64,000 nt of DNA from Mustelus asterias. Its lineage: Eukaryota. Under the pieces are notes generated by a model. That model ran no database searches and was not told the origin of the DNA. It saw only the letters and a list, made by a program, of their open reading frames with translations. The stretch is from positions 248,001-312,000 of the forward strand of contig NW_027590190.1 in assembly GCF_964213995.1 (NCBI RefSeq). The letters are read 5' to 3'. Position 1 is the first letter of the stretch. The number at the start of each line of letters is the position of its first letter. This document shows, piece by piece, positions 23,100 to 35,120 of this stretch. The translations under genes were made by a program, and so were the position numbers.

Positions 23100-23540
23100 G
23101 AATGTACAGACTGGGGGGAACAATGGGTGGGGGCGGGGCTCCCGGGTCCGCGCGCCTGGGTGGGGGCGGGGCTCCCGGGTCCGCGCGCCTGAACCCGGAG
23201 ACGTCACCACGGAGCAGAGTGATTGCTATTGGCTGATTCAGGCAGGGCTCCATTGTGCCGTCACAATGACTCAGAGGGGCGTTCCCAGCACACAGTGTCC
23301 CATTGGCAGCAATACCACTGGTTACAGAAGCAAAACACTGCGGATTGGACACCAGCTCAGCGCGGCTGGCGGTCAAAGCCCCGCCCACTCCTACTTGGGC
23401 TCGGCTTCCGCCCCCTCATTGTCCACATGCGGGAGATTAACCAATGGCAACGCGTGGAGGACCGGATGGGCGCTGGTCCTCCAGCCAATCAGAGTCCGGG
23501 CCCTGTGTCAATGGCTGCGCGGAGCTTGGTCCATTGTCTG
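23100..23540. promoter_or_regulatory. CpG island promoter containing an exact 33-bp tandem duplication (23125-23190)
   Basis: Multiple GC boxes and CCAAT boxes; GT donor-like GTGAGT near 23540; homologous to 1-100. Confidence 0.7.
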
Positions 23541-24342
23541 TGAGTAAAGTGTTTGAATTCTGCGCTCCAGAGGACTGTGGAGCCTCAGTCATCAAATATT
23601 TTCAAGAGAGAGATTGGTAACTTTTGAGGCATTGAGTAACCTGGGGGATAGTTTGGGAAATATTGGCCCTGTGGAAATGATGCTGCGGTAGATCAGCCAA
23701 TTCTCAATCAATGGTTGAAGCAGGTCGATGGGCTGAATGGCCAACTGCAGCTCCTATTTCTTACGATTTCTGTGCTGGACAGGAAGCAGTGAGCATGGAT
23801 CTGTCAATCAGCCTCAATCAGCACCTTCAGGAGAATTGGGAGGGTGAATATTAGATACAGCAGAGTGAGAATGGAGGGAGAGTGTGTGGGATGGAGATTT
23901 ACAGCTTTTGGGGAATGAGAGGGGAAAGAATGTTCCATAGAAACTAGAATTGTCTGTTCTGAATTTCTATTTCTATTTCTAACTCATTTTACAGGATATT
24001 GAGCGAGGAATTACAGGCTGAAATCTCAAATGTCACGTCTAGATCTGGCAGTCATATTCCTTGGGAGCGAAATATCATCGGCCTTTGAATCTGGAAGGAG
24101 AAATGTTTGTCCAGTCTGTCGATTTGAAAAAAAATTCAAACATCAGTGTGACTGGAACAGCACCAACACACTGTCACACTCGAGTGAGAGTATTCCAATG
24201 AACTGACTAAAGAGCTTTAACCAGTTACACAGCCTGAATAAATATCACACCATTCACAGTGAGAAGAGACCGTACTGGTGTTGTGCCTAGACGAGGCATC
24301 AACTGATTGTCCACCCAAGAGAGTGGCAAGGACACCTGCACC

Positions 24343-25395
24343 ATGGAGAAACCATGGAAATGTGTGGATTGTGGGAAGAGATACAGAGCCCCATCTCAGC
24401 TGGACGCTCATCGGCGCAGTCACACTGGGGAGAGGCCGTTCATCTGCTCTCAGTGTGGGAAGGGATTCACTCTGTCATCCAGCCTGCAGACACACCAGCG
24501 AGTTCACACTGGGGAGAGGCCGTTCACCTGCTCTCAGTGTGGGAACAAATTCACTCAGTTATCCAATCTGCAGGCACACCAGCGAGTTCACACTGGGGAG
24601 AGGCCATTCACCTGCTCTCAGTGTGGGAAGGGATTCACTCAGTTGTCCAGCCTGCGGACGCACCAGCGAGTTCACACTGGGGAGAGGCCATTCATCTGCT
24701 CTCAGTGTGGGGAGGGATTCACTCGGTTATCGAACATGTGGAGACACCAGCGAGTTCACACTGGGGAGAGGCCATTCACCTGCTCTCAGTGTGGGAAGGG
24801 ATTCAGTCAGTTTTCCAGCCTGCAGACACACCAGCGGGTTCATACTGGGGAGAGGCCGTTCACCTGCTCTCAGTGTGGGAAGGGATTCAGAGCTTCATCC
24901 AGCCTGCGGACACACCAGCGAGTTCACACTGGGGAGAGGCCGTTCACCTGCTCTCTGTGTGGGAAGGGATTCACTCGGTCCTCCCACCTGTGGAGACACC
25001 AGCGAGTTCACACCGGGGGGAGGCCCTTCACCTGCTCTCAGTGTGGGGAGGGATTCAGAGCTTCATCCAGCCTGCGGACACACCAGCGAGTTCACACTGG
25101 GGAGAGACCGTTCACCTGCTCGCAGTGTGGAAAGGGATTCACTCGGTCATCCAGCCTGCGGACACACCAGCGGGTTCACACTGGGGAGAGACCGTTCACC
25201 TGCTCTCAGTGTGGGAAGGCATTCATAACTTCATCCAGCCTGCGGACACACCAGCGAGTTCACGCTGGGGAGAGACCATTCACCTGCTCTCTGTGTGGGA
25301 AGGCATTCACTCAGTCATCCCACCTGCGGAGGCACCAGCAAGTTCACACTGGGGAGTGGCCTTTCACCTACTCTGTGTGGGAAGCGGTTCAGTGA
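24343..25395 (+). CDS. C2H2 zinc-finger protein, 12 highly homogeneous fingers (gene 5); 3 more fingers lie out of frame to 25603
   Basis: ACCATGG start (MEKPWKC); 2-nt deletion near 25372. Confidence 0.85.
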   Translation: MEKPWKCVDCGKRYRAPSQLDAHRRSHTGERPFICSQCGKGFTLSSSLQTHQRVHTGERPFTCSQCGNKFTQLSNLQAHQRVHTGERPFTCSQCGKGFTQLSSLRTHQRVHTGERPFICSQCGEGFTRLSNMWRHQRVHTGERPFTCSQCGKGFSQFSSLQTHQRVHTGERPFTCSQCGKGFRASSSLRTHQRVHTGERPFTCSLCGKGFTRSSHLWRHQRVHTGGRPFTCSQCGEGFRASSSLRTHQRVHTGERPFTCSQCGKGFTRSSSLRTHQRVHTGERPFTCSQCGKAFITSSSLRTHQRVHAGERPFTCSLCGKAFTQSSHLRRHQQVHTGEWPFTYSVWEAVQ

Positions 25396-25951
25396 TTCAT
25401 CCAACCAGCAGAAACACCAACAAGTTCACGCTGGGTGGAAACCGTTCACCTGCTCTGTGTGTGGAAAGGGGTTCTCTCGGTTATTCTGCCTGCAGACACA
25501 CCAGGGAATTCACACTGGGGAGAGACCGTTCAGCTGCTGTGTGTGTGAAAAGAGATTCAGTCTTTCATCTCAGCTGTTGGTACACCAGCGAGTTCACGAG
25601 TGATTCCAGTGGTCGATTTTGCTGTTATTGTTTCTGCTCTCAATTATATTGGTCAATGGGAACGGTCGGAGGGTTTCTTTCTGCTGGACTGGCCGGTCTC
25701 ACAACTTTGCCTCCAATGGCTGATGCTCTTTGAGTCTTGTTGCGAATACCTGGTTTCAAATTTCACACGGATCACAGAGTGACAGGGTGCTCGGAAGTTC
25801 AGAGATATTTAGTCACTATTTCTGTTTGCAACTCCCCCAATGCCCATCCAATTTCCTTTGTAATTGTTTATTGTCTCCACTTCCTCCTCCCTCGTAGGCA
25901 GCGAGTTCCAGGTCATTACCATTCACTGCATCAAAATATTCTTCCTCACAT

Positions 25952-26299
25952 GGGCAGCACGGTAGCACAGTGGTTAGCACTGCTGCTGCACAGCTCCAGG
26001 GACCTGGGTTCGATTCCCGGCTTGGGTCACAGTCTGTGTGGAGTTTGCACATTCTCCTCGTGTCTGCGTGGGTTTCCTCCAGGTGCTCTGGTTTCCTCCC
26101 ACAGTCCAAAAATGTGCGGGTTAGGTTGATTGGGCATGCTAAAAATTGCCCCTTAGAGTCCTGAGATGCGTAGGTTAGAGGGATTAGCGGGTAAATGTGT
26201 AGGGATATGGGGGTAGGGCCTGGGTGGGATTGTGGTCGGTGCAGACTCGATGGGCCAAATGGCCTCTTTCTGTACTGTAGGGTTTCTCTGATTCTATGA
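25952..26299 (+). mobile_element. HE1-like V-SINE
   Basis: Full-length head, core and CR1 tail. Confidence 0.9.
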
Positions 26300-26826
26300 T
26301 CCCACCCAAAACTTTAAATTTGCTTGTCATCCTTGTCCCATCAGCTAATAGGAACAGATTTTCTTTGTCCACCTTATCTAAACCTGTCAGAATCTTGTCC
26401 ACCTCTATCAAATCTCCCCTCAACCTCCTTTGCTCCAAGGGGAACAACCCCAGCCTGACATTGACAATAAAGATCAATCCAACAGAATATGTTGCCTTCT
26501 GAAATCAAATGGGAATGTTCAATTTCTGTTTTAAAGATATTGTGAATATATTGTCCTGGACAATAAAGGAATTGGAATAACTCATCTTGGGAGTGGTTGA
26601 ATGGAATATATCAATCTGGAACCCACTTACATTCTAGTGAAAGTCAGGAATGTGTAGCTGGAAATCCCTCCCTAACAGCACTTTGGGTCACCTATACCTC
26701 AGGCATTGTAGCAGTTCAGGAAGGCAGTGTTGGGGTTGACCATGGCCGAGGCAGCTACATACAGCCACATATTCTCTTATCATTGATGGACTGTAGTTTG
26801 AATGTGAGGCACTATAGGACTGGACT

Positions 26827-28066
26827 ACGGAGTCATCGAGGTTTACAGCATGGAAATAGGCCTATCAGCCCAACTTGTCCATGCTGCCCTTTTCTTTAAA
26901 CCCCTTAGCAAATCCCAATTGCCCGCATTTGGCCCATATCCCTCTATACCCATCTTATCCATGTAACTGTCTAAAAGCTTTTTAAAAGACAAAATTGTAC
27001 CCGGCTCTACTACTACCTCTGGCAGCTTGTTCCAGACACTCACCACCCTTTGTGTGAAAAAATTGCTCCTTTCGACACTTTTGTATCTCTCCCCTTTCAC
27101 CTTAAACCTATGCCTTCTAGTTTTAGACTCCCCTACTTTTGGGAAAAGATATTGACTATCTACCTTATCAATGCCCCTCGTTATTTTATATAAACGAGGT
27201 CACCCCTCAGCCTCCTGTGCTCCAGAGAAAAAAGTCCCAGTCTATCCAGCCTCTCCTTATAACTCAAACCATCCAGTCCCAGTAGCATCCTCGTAAATCT
27301 TTTCTGCACTCTTTCTAGTTTAATAATACTCTTTCTATAATAGGATGACCAGAACTGCACACACTATTCCAAGTGTGGCCTTACCAATGTCTTGTACAAC
27401 TTCAACAAGACGTCCCAACTCCTGTATTCAATGTTCTGACCGATGAAACCAAGCATGCCGAATGCCTGCTTCACCATTCTGTCCACCTGTGACTCCAATT
27501 TCAAGGAGCTATGAATGTGTACCCCTCGATCTCTTTGTTCTGTAACTCCCCAACGCCCTACCATTAACTGAGTAAGTCCTGCCCTAGCTCAATCTACCAA
27601 ATTGTCTAAATTAAACTCCATCTGCCATTCGTCAGCCCACTGGCACAATTGATCAAGATCCCGTTGCAATTGGAGATAACTTTCTTCACTGTCCACTATG
27701 CCACCAATCTTGGTGTCATCTGCAAACTTACTAACCGTGCCTCCTATATTCTCATCCAAATCATTAATATTAATATATAAATGACAAATAACAGTGGACC
27801 CAGTACTGATCCCTGAGGCACACCGCAGGTCACAGTCCTCCAGTTTGAAAAACAACCCTCTACAACCACCCTCCGGCTTCTGTCAAGAAGCCAATTTTGT
27901 ATCCATTTAGATACCTCACCCTGGATCCCGTGAGATTTTAACCTTATGCAACAACCTACCATTCGGTACTTTGTCAGAGATCTTGCTAAAGTTCATGTCG
28001 ACAACATCAACTGCACTGCCCTCATCTATCTTCTTAGTTACCCCTTCAAAAAACTCAATCAAATTT
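26827..28066 (-). mobile_element. CR1 LINE 3' portion, decayed
   Basis: GVPQGSVLGP, FADD, LYKTLVRPHLE and FFTQRVVSVWN. Confidence 0.9.
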
Positions 28067-28703
28067 GACCACAGCTCAGTTTCTGCGATCATGGACCATT
28101 AAAGCTGCTTAGCAGTGCCCTGACAGAGGACCTGGTGAGAATATTTCCTCATTGAGTTAGAATTAAACTTATTCCAGGACTGGCTGGTGTTCAGTGGCTG
28201 AGATACCCGAATCTGTGAAAAGGGGGTCTGACCAATCAACAAACAGTGGTAGGTAGTTGATTAAGAAGTTAAGAAGCGTTCTCAGGCATTGTTTAAGTTA
28301 TTTTATCATAAATTTGTGATGAGAACTGTGAGGGACTATGACCCGATAGTCACTGAAGTGACGGTATACTCCAAGTAGCACTGGACTGAAAAACGAGAGT
28401 AGATTCTAATGAATGGTTATAAACCTACCCTAGCATGGCCAGTGAAAAATCTGAGCTCGAGTGATCAAGAATAATAATGTGATAAGGTGCGAAGGAATAA
28501 GATCTCACCGTGTAAAAATCAAGTTGGGATGACATTTGTATCACATAGGAGTCAATGAATGGAATACATTGGGTATTGCACATCCCCTAGCCTGGCCTGA
28601 TTGAACACATGAATGGGCTATTGAAACAACAAATCAAGCTTGACCACACACTCAAAGAGTGGCAAAGGCCTTACATAATTTGAATAATAGGCCACAAAAC
28701 GGA

Positions 28704-29022
28704 GGGGTGGCACGGCGGCACAGTGGTTAGCACTGCAGCCTCACAGCACCAGGGACCTGGATTTGACTCCTGGCTTGTGTCACCGTCTGTGTGGAGTTTG
28801 CACATTCTCCCCGTGTCTGCGTGGGTTTCATCCAAGTGCACCGGTTTCCTTCCACACTCCAAAGATGTGGGTTAGGTTGATTGGCCATGATAAATTGCCC
28901 TTTAGTGTCAGGGTGTTATAGGGTAAATAAGTATGGTTATGGGGGTAGGGCCTGGGTGGGATTGTGGTCGGTGCAGATTCGATGGGCCGAATGGCCGCCT
29001 TCTGCACTGTAGGGATTCTATG
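28704..29022 (+). mobile_element. HE1-like V-SINE
   Basis: Same family as the other copies. Confidence 0.85.
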
Positions 29023-29479
29023 AACCCTCTTGAGTAAGATGATAAAACAACCTGTCTCTTCAATTCTTCCCCCAGACAGGGAATATGACACACCTGTATG
29101 TAAGGGTGGCAAGGTGTGGGTACATATCTCAAACCAAACCCCACAGAAAAGAGGAGATAATTGCTGCTCGACATGCTTGGCTTGTACCTCCTAAGCTGCG
29201 TTCACTCCCTATGCATGGGGGATGGAAGGCATCCAGTAAAATATGCACTCAAAACAAATGTACTTGGGCAGAAGGACAGAAATATTATTTGTATAACATC
29301 ACTGTCCAGGCATCCGTGCTCAATGTGGCGGATTGTAGCCAATGGCCTTTTGTGGTGGTATGTCCTCTACATAACTCCTCATACATGAAGCTTGTACCTT
29401 ACAGCTGAGTCATGGCCAATGTCAATAGGAATTATCGCCAGTTAATGATACTATTATGCATGAAATTGGACAAGTTTGG

Positions 29480-29729
29480 TGGGGAAGCGATGGTCTCGTG
29501 ATATTATCGCTAGATTACTAATTCAGAACTCAGCTAATGTTCTGGGGACCCAGGTTCAAATCCCACCACAGCAGATGGTGAAATTTAATGAAAAAGATCT
29601 GGAAATAAGAATCTCCTGATGACCATGAAACCATTGTCGATTGTCAGAAAAAAACCCATCTGATTCACAATGTCCTTTCGGGAAGGAAATCTGCCATCCT
29701 TAACTGGTCTGGCCCACATGTGACTCCAC
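29480..29729 (+). mobile_element. Second tRNA-headed SINE family (possibly SacSINE1-like)
   Basis: B-box GGTTCAAATCCC and core TGTCCTTTCGGGAAGGAAATCTGC; second copy at 47967-48268. Confidence 0.65.
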
Positions 29730-30717
29730 GAATAATTTAAAAAAACTATGTCTGCATTACCAGCACTCTCAATGTACATCTGAATGCCAGATAGCTTGAA
29801 CCCCCTGTAAACCAATGTTGGAAAGATGCATGGGACATATTTGATGTACATACTAATAGAACATATTATTTGATATAGACACACCCACGGTATTGTGCAT
29901 CTGCCTTCAATTGAACTTAATAAATTATGCAGGTTTATTGAACAAAATACACAAGTTTCTGCACACCTAAGTTAAGACAGGCAACATCTTCTTAGGCAGA
30001 GTGTGGAAATGACCTATGCTTAAGGCAAACTTCACCAAACATCGGGTGAACTTAATTGCCTCAGTTTTCACCTTTGGTGGGATGTTTGTAATGTATGGTC
30101 ATCCAAAGCATCCACTGTTTTTACTTTAATGTTACATCCTGTTGTCATACTGCTACTTTGTACCCTTTTGTTCATCTTAATTGTCTTGTGGCACAGAGTG
30201 CGTGCATTGTTCACACAGGTCATTGTTGTGAAGGAACTTATACAGGTACAGATGGGATTGCTGCGTTAACTGCTGAATCTCAGGGTGGAATGTATAGAAA
30301 GTAAAGAGTTAAGATATTCACCAGTCAACTCAGCATTTATTCATGCTGTGAGAACCGAAAGAAGCAGCTGCGCTACAGAAACAAGCTGACCTTCCAGTGC
30401 TGTATTTGTATATTGTTTCCCAAGCCTGGGAATTGACCAAATCTCCTGTCAGGTTGTTTGTGCCGCACTGTAAAACACGGGGGGCGGGGCTTCGACCCGG
30501 GTACGTTGGTCTTCACCTTGGACCGGGATCACGAATGTTGCCGGGACCTCTCGAGCTCCAGACCAGCGTCGTTAGATTAGTCTCCGACAGGCAGAAGGCA
30601 GTGAGACTCATTGTTTTAATTTCTCTCGTATTATTTACTCTTTTTGAATAAACCATTATAATAGTTGAGAGATTATAATTCTGGTCTGTCTCTTATTTAA
30701 CATTCACGTGGATCATT

Positions 30718-31010
30718 GGTGGCACGGTGGCACAGCAGTTAGCTGCCTCACAGTGCCAGGGACCTGGGTTTGATTCCCAGCTTGGGTCACTTGTCTGTGT
30801 TCTCCCCGTGTCTGTGTGGGTTTCCTCCGGGTGCTCCGGTTACCTCCCACAGTCTGAAAGACGTGCTGGTTAGGTGCATTGGCACCTAACCTAACTGGGT
30901 CCAGTGCTAAATTCTCCCTCAGTGTACCCGAACAGGCACCAGAGTGTGGCGACTAGGAGATTTTCACAGTGTCTTCATTACAGTGCTCATGTAAACCTAC
31001 TGTGACACTA
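30718..31010 (+). mobile_element. V-SINE with an alternative tail, followed by an inverted SINE head (31010-31125)
   Basis: HE1-like head and core, but the tail reads CTCAGTGTACCCGAACAGG...CCTACTGTGACACTA. Confidence 0.75.
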
Positions 31011-31667
31011 CCCAGAGGAAACCCATGCAGACATGGGGAGAATGTGCAAACTCCACACAATCACCCAAGGCTGCAATTGAACCCGGGTCCCTGGAGCTGT
31101 GAGACAGCAGTGCTAACCACTGTGCCAGCCCATGTTTGTGACCGGGTGTCCCTAGAGAGGGAGCATGTGGTGACTACCAACACAAGATCTTCCGTGGGCA
31201 CTGCGGGGGCTGGAGTTCTTCATTTCTCACCAGAACCACATCATAGTTTTAAGTTTTTAACTTTTCATTCACGGTTTAGTTTTTGTCCCTTTAAAGGACT
31301 CCCCCCCCCCGAACCCCCCCGCCATTCATTTAATTTGATTGTTTAATTTGATAATTTGATCCAAATTCTGATATTAAAAAGAAGGGCAATTCATTATTGA
31401 CCCCAAATAACAGAGAATATGGAACTTGGTCCATGGTGAGTGGTTGAGGTGAACAGCATGAATACATTGAAAGGAAAGTTAGATCCACACATGAGGGACA
31501 CAGTAACAGAAGGATATGCTGATCGGGAGGAGATGCAGTGGGGTAGGTGGAGGCTGATGTGGAGCAAATTACTGACAGACCAAAAGAGCTGACTGGCCCG
31601 GCCCTGTGCTGGAGACTCAATGGAACAGAGACTAATGTATTTATCTGAGAACTACCTGTAGTGATAG

Positions 31668-32521
31668 ATACAGAATCTATCAATAAATTCAGGCCAGGCT
31701 TAAGGTTCATGGTGTTGTAATCTCAGTGAAAACAGTATGGAGCAGCCCCAGCATCTCGGTTACAATGAATACTCATCTCCTGAAAGTCCTTGTGTGGCCA
31801 GTGACAATGTGCGTCTGTGAAAGCTGGACCATCGAGACGAGCGGCACAGTGGTTATCACTGCTGCTTCACAGCTCCAGGGACTTGGGTTCGAATCCCGGC
31901 TTGGGTCACTCTGTGTGGCGTTTGCACATTCTCCTCGTGTCTGCGTGGGTTTCCTCCGGGTGCTCCGGTTTCCTCCCACAGTCCAAAGATGTGCGGGTTA
32001 GGTTGATTGGCCATGCTAAAAATTGCCCTTAGTGTCCTGGGATGCGTAGGTTAGAGGGATTAGCGGGGGGATATGGGGGTAGGGCCTGGGTGGGATTGTG
32101 GTCGGTACAGACTCGATGGGCCGAATGGCCTCTTTCTGTGCTGTAGGGCTTCTAAGATTCTAAGAGTGACGAGGTTCCAATAAAAGTGTTTGAAATGAAA
32201 GGACTCAGACGGATATTCCGTGTGTCACGGACGGCAAAGTGGGTGAATGAGTGGGTGCTGGAGAAAGCTGGTGTTCACCGGAACCTGTCTGAGGCTCTCA
32301 CATCCCGGAAGCTCACCTATTTTGGACACGTGTTGTGAATAGGGAGGGAGTGTTTGGAAAGAGGTAATGCAAGACAAACACCTGGAAAATGTGTGCAAGG
32401 AAGGCCCGAGACGGGTGGATAATATCGGAATGTGGACCGGCCTCTCGATGGGACAGGCAGTGGAGAAAGATTGTCCAGAGCACGGCCAACCCTCAGAACG
32501 AGGACGGATAAAAGACAAGAC
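31668..32521 (+). mobile_element. RTE-clade LINE 3' fragment with a 14-bp TSD
   Basis: LKVLVWPVTMCVCESWTI...VFEMKGLRRIFRVSRTAK; ACCTGTAGTG(A/G)TAG at 31654 and 32522; AAGAC repeat tail. Confidence 0.75.
31840..32163 (+). mobile_element. HE1-like V-SINE nested in the RTE fragment
   Basis: Same family as the other copies. Confidence 0.85.
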
Positions 32522-33012
32522 ACCTGTAGTGGTAGGAAAAAGACTATTTACTATCCAGGGTAAAATTAATGTACTCGATAGAAACTAGGAGCAGGCCATT
32601 CAAGTCTGCTCCACCATTCAATATGATCATGGCTGATCCTCGATCTCAATGCCATATTCTCCCCATACCACCTGAAGCCATTAAAATCTAAAAAAAATCT
32701 ATCTCTTCCTTGAATATATTCAGTGACTTGGATTCCACAGCCTTCTGTGGTAGACAATTCCACAAGTTCACTACCCTTTGAAGAATTTTTTCCTCATCTC
32801 AGTCTCATCTGACACCTGCTTTTGTGGATCATTTCAGTGGAAATGTGCCCTCGCTCAAAGGGAATCAGCCACTGGAATGAAAATTGAGAGACCGGTCAGT
32901 CCAACAGCAAGAAACCCTCCGACCCTCCCACTTCACCAACTGTTAGAATGAACATGGTTCAGTCCTGGATGTGATTAACAGCAGCAATAACAGCAGAATC
33001 CAACCCCTGTCA

Positions 33013-33546
33013 TCACTCGTGAACTTGCTGGTGTGTCAGCAGCGTGGATGGCCGAGTGAATCCCTCCCCACAGTCAGAGCAGGTAAATCGTCTCTCCCCA
33101 GTGTGAACTCGCTGGTGTCTCCGCAGGGTTGATAAATCACGGAATCCCTTCTCACACTCTGAGCAGGTGAATGGTCTTTCCCCAGTGTGAACTTGCTGGT
33201 GTCTCAGCAGACTGGAGGAATCTCCGAATCCTTTCCCACACACGGAGCAGGTGAACGGCTTCTCTCCAGTGTGAACTCGCTGGTGTGTCAGCAGATGGGA
33301 TGACTGAGTGAAGCCCTTCCCACAATTGGAACAGGTGAACAGTCTCTCCCCAGTGTGAACTCGCTGGTGTTTCAGCAGAGTAGATAAATCACTGAATCCT
33401 TTCCCACACACGGAGCAGGTGAACGGTCTCTCCCCAGTGTGACTGCGTTGATGTGTTTCCAGCACAGACGGGAATCTGAATCCCTTTCCACAATCCCCAC
33501 ATTTCCACGGTTTTCCCATGGTGTGGGTGTCTGCGTCTCGGTGCAT
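33013..33546 (-). CDS. C2H2 zinc-finger protein, 6 fingers, intact (gene 6)
   Basis: 177-aa ORF; acceptor TTTTACAG near 33664; shared 3' UTR module downstream. Confidence 0.85.
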   Translation of the reverse strand: MHRDADTHTMGKPWKCGDCGKGFRFPSVLETHQRSHTGERPFTCSVCGKGFSDLSTLLKHQRVHTGERLFTCSNCGKGFTQSSHLLTHQRVHTGEKPFTCSVCGKGFGDSSSLLRHQQVHTGERPFTCSECEKGFRDLSTLRRHQRVHTGERRFTCSDCGEGFTRPSTLLTHQQVHE

Positions 33547-33959
33547 TTCCTGACACTCTGATGGTTAAACAGGCAATGGTTTCCCCGTCCTAATGAGTGA
33601 CTCTGTCAGAGCTTGGTGTGAAGCTTTGAGATTTCTGTTGGCAAATCCTCCCCTTTTAATATCCTGTAAAAGGAGTTTAAAATCTCATCACAGTCAATAC
33701 AGCTCAGAAACTGAGAATAGACAATTCAAGTTGCTGTGGAACATTCTTTCCTCACTGGCTTAAAGTGAATAATGAATTTAAAACATTATTGCAAGTCAGC
33801 AAATCAATCAAAATGCTCACAAAGGAGTGGAATTTCTCTCCAGATGTACAGAAATCAGAAATAGTAAAATTATGTTTAATTCATACAGAATTTTAAGAAC
33901 TCATAATCTCTACAGTGCAGAAAGAGGCTCTTCATCCCATCAAGTCTGCACTGATGACT

Positions 33960-35120
33960 CAGATGAATGAACATGGTTCAATCCTGGATGTAATTAACAG
34001 CAGCAATAACAGCAGAATCCAACCCCTGTAACCACTTGTGAACTCGCTGGTGTCTGAGCAGGTGGGATGACTGAGTTAATCCCTTCCTACAGACATAACA
34101 GGTAAATGGCCTCTCCCCAGTGTGAATTCACTGATGTGTCAGCAGATGACACTAAAATAGGTGGTATTGCAGACAGTGAGGAGGTTATCAAAAATTGCAG
34201 CAGGATCTTGATCAGCTGGGGAAGTGGGCCGAGAAATGACAAATGGAGTTCAATACAGATAAGTGTAAGGTGTTGCATTTTGGAAAGTCAAATCAAGGTT
34301 GGACTTTCACGGTGAATGGCTGGACCTGAGGGAGTATCGAGGAACAGAGGGAACTTGGAGTTCAAGTGCACGGTTCTCTAAAAGTAGAGTCACAGGTAGG
34401 TAGGGTAGTGAAAAAGGTTTTTGGCATGCTGGCCTTCATCAGTCAGGGCATTGGGTATAGAAGTTAGGAAGTTATGTTGCAGTTGTACAGGAAGTTAGTG
34501 AGGCCGCAGCTGGAATATTGTGTTCAGTTTTGGTTGCCTTGCTATAGGAAAGATGTTATTAAAGTGGAAGGAGTGCAGAAGAGATTTACAAGGATGTTGC
34601 CAGGACTCAAGGGACTGAGTTATAGAGAAAGATTGGATACACTCGACTTTTTTCTTTGGAGCGTAGGACACTGAGGGGTGATCTTATCGAGGTGTATAAG
34701 ATCATGAGAGGCATGGATAGGGTGAACATACTCAGTCTTTTTCCCGGGGTTGGGGAATCAAGAATGAGAGGGCATAGGTTTAAGTTAAGGGGGGAAGAAT
34801 TAATGGGAACCTGAGGAGCATCTTTTTTACACAGAGGGTGGTACGTATGTGGAATGGACTGCCACAGGAAGTGGTTGAGGCAGGGACATTGACAACATTT
34901 AAAAGGTATTTGGACAGATACATGGATAGGAAACGTTTAGAGGGATATGGGCCAAATGCAGCCAAATGGGGTCAGCTTGGATGGGCATTTTGATCGGCAT
35001 GGACCAGTTTGGGCCGAAGGGCCTGTCTCCGTTCCATCGATTCTATGATTGGATGACTGAATCCCTTTGCACACACAATGCAGGTGAACAGCCTCTCCCC
35101 AGTGTGAACTTGCTGCTGAA
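33960..35120 (-). pseudogene. ZNF remnant split by a CR1 insertion
   Basis: 3' UTR module and last finger at 33960-34140; finger remnant resumes at 35050-35120. Confidence 0.65.
34141..35048 (+). mobile_element. CR1 LINE 3' fragment
   Basis: ADDTKIGG, LYRKLVRPQLEYCVQFW and 3' UTR. Confidence 0.9.

Larger units (their letters stand above)
28070..30702 (+). mobile_element. Endogenous retrovirus remnant: integrase piece, env-like region, PPT and 3' LTR (30291-30702)
   Basis: GLIEHMNGLLKQQIK near 28590-28640; Cys-rich ORF 29085..29408; membrane-anchor peptide WWDVCNVWSSKASTVFTLMLHPVVILLL at 30075-30269; AGGGTGGAA then TG...CA with AATAAA near 30647. Confidence 0.65.

Noticed and set aside
25952-26025. 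tRNA genes
   Set aside because: The tRNA-like A/B boxes are SINE heads that continue into SINE core and tail sequence
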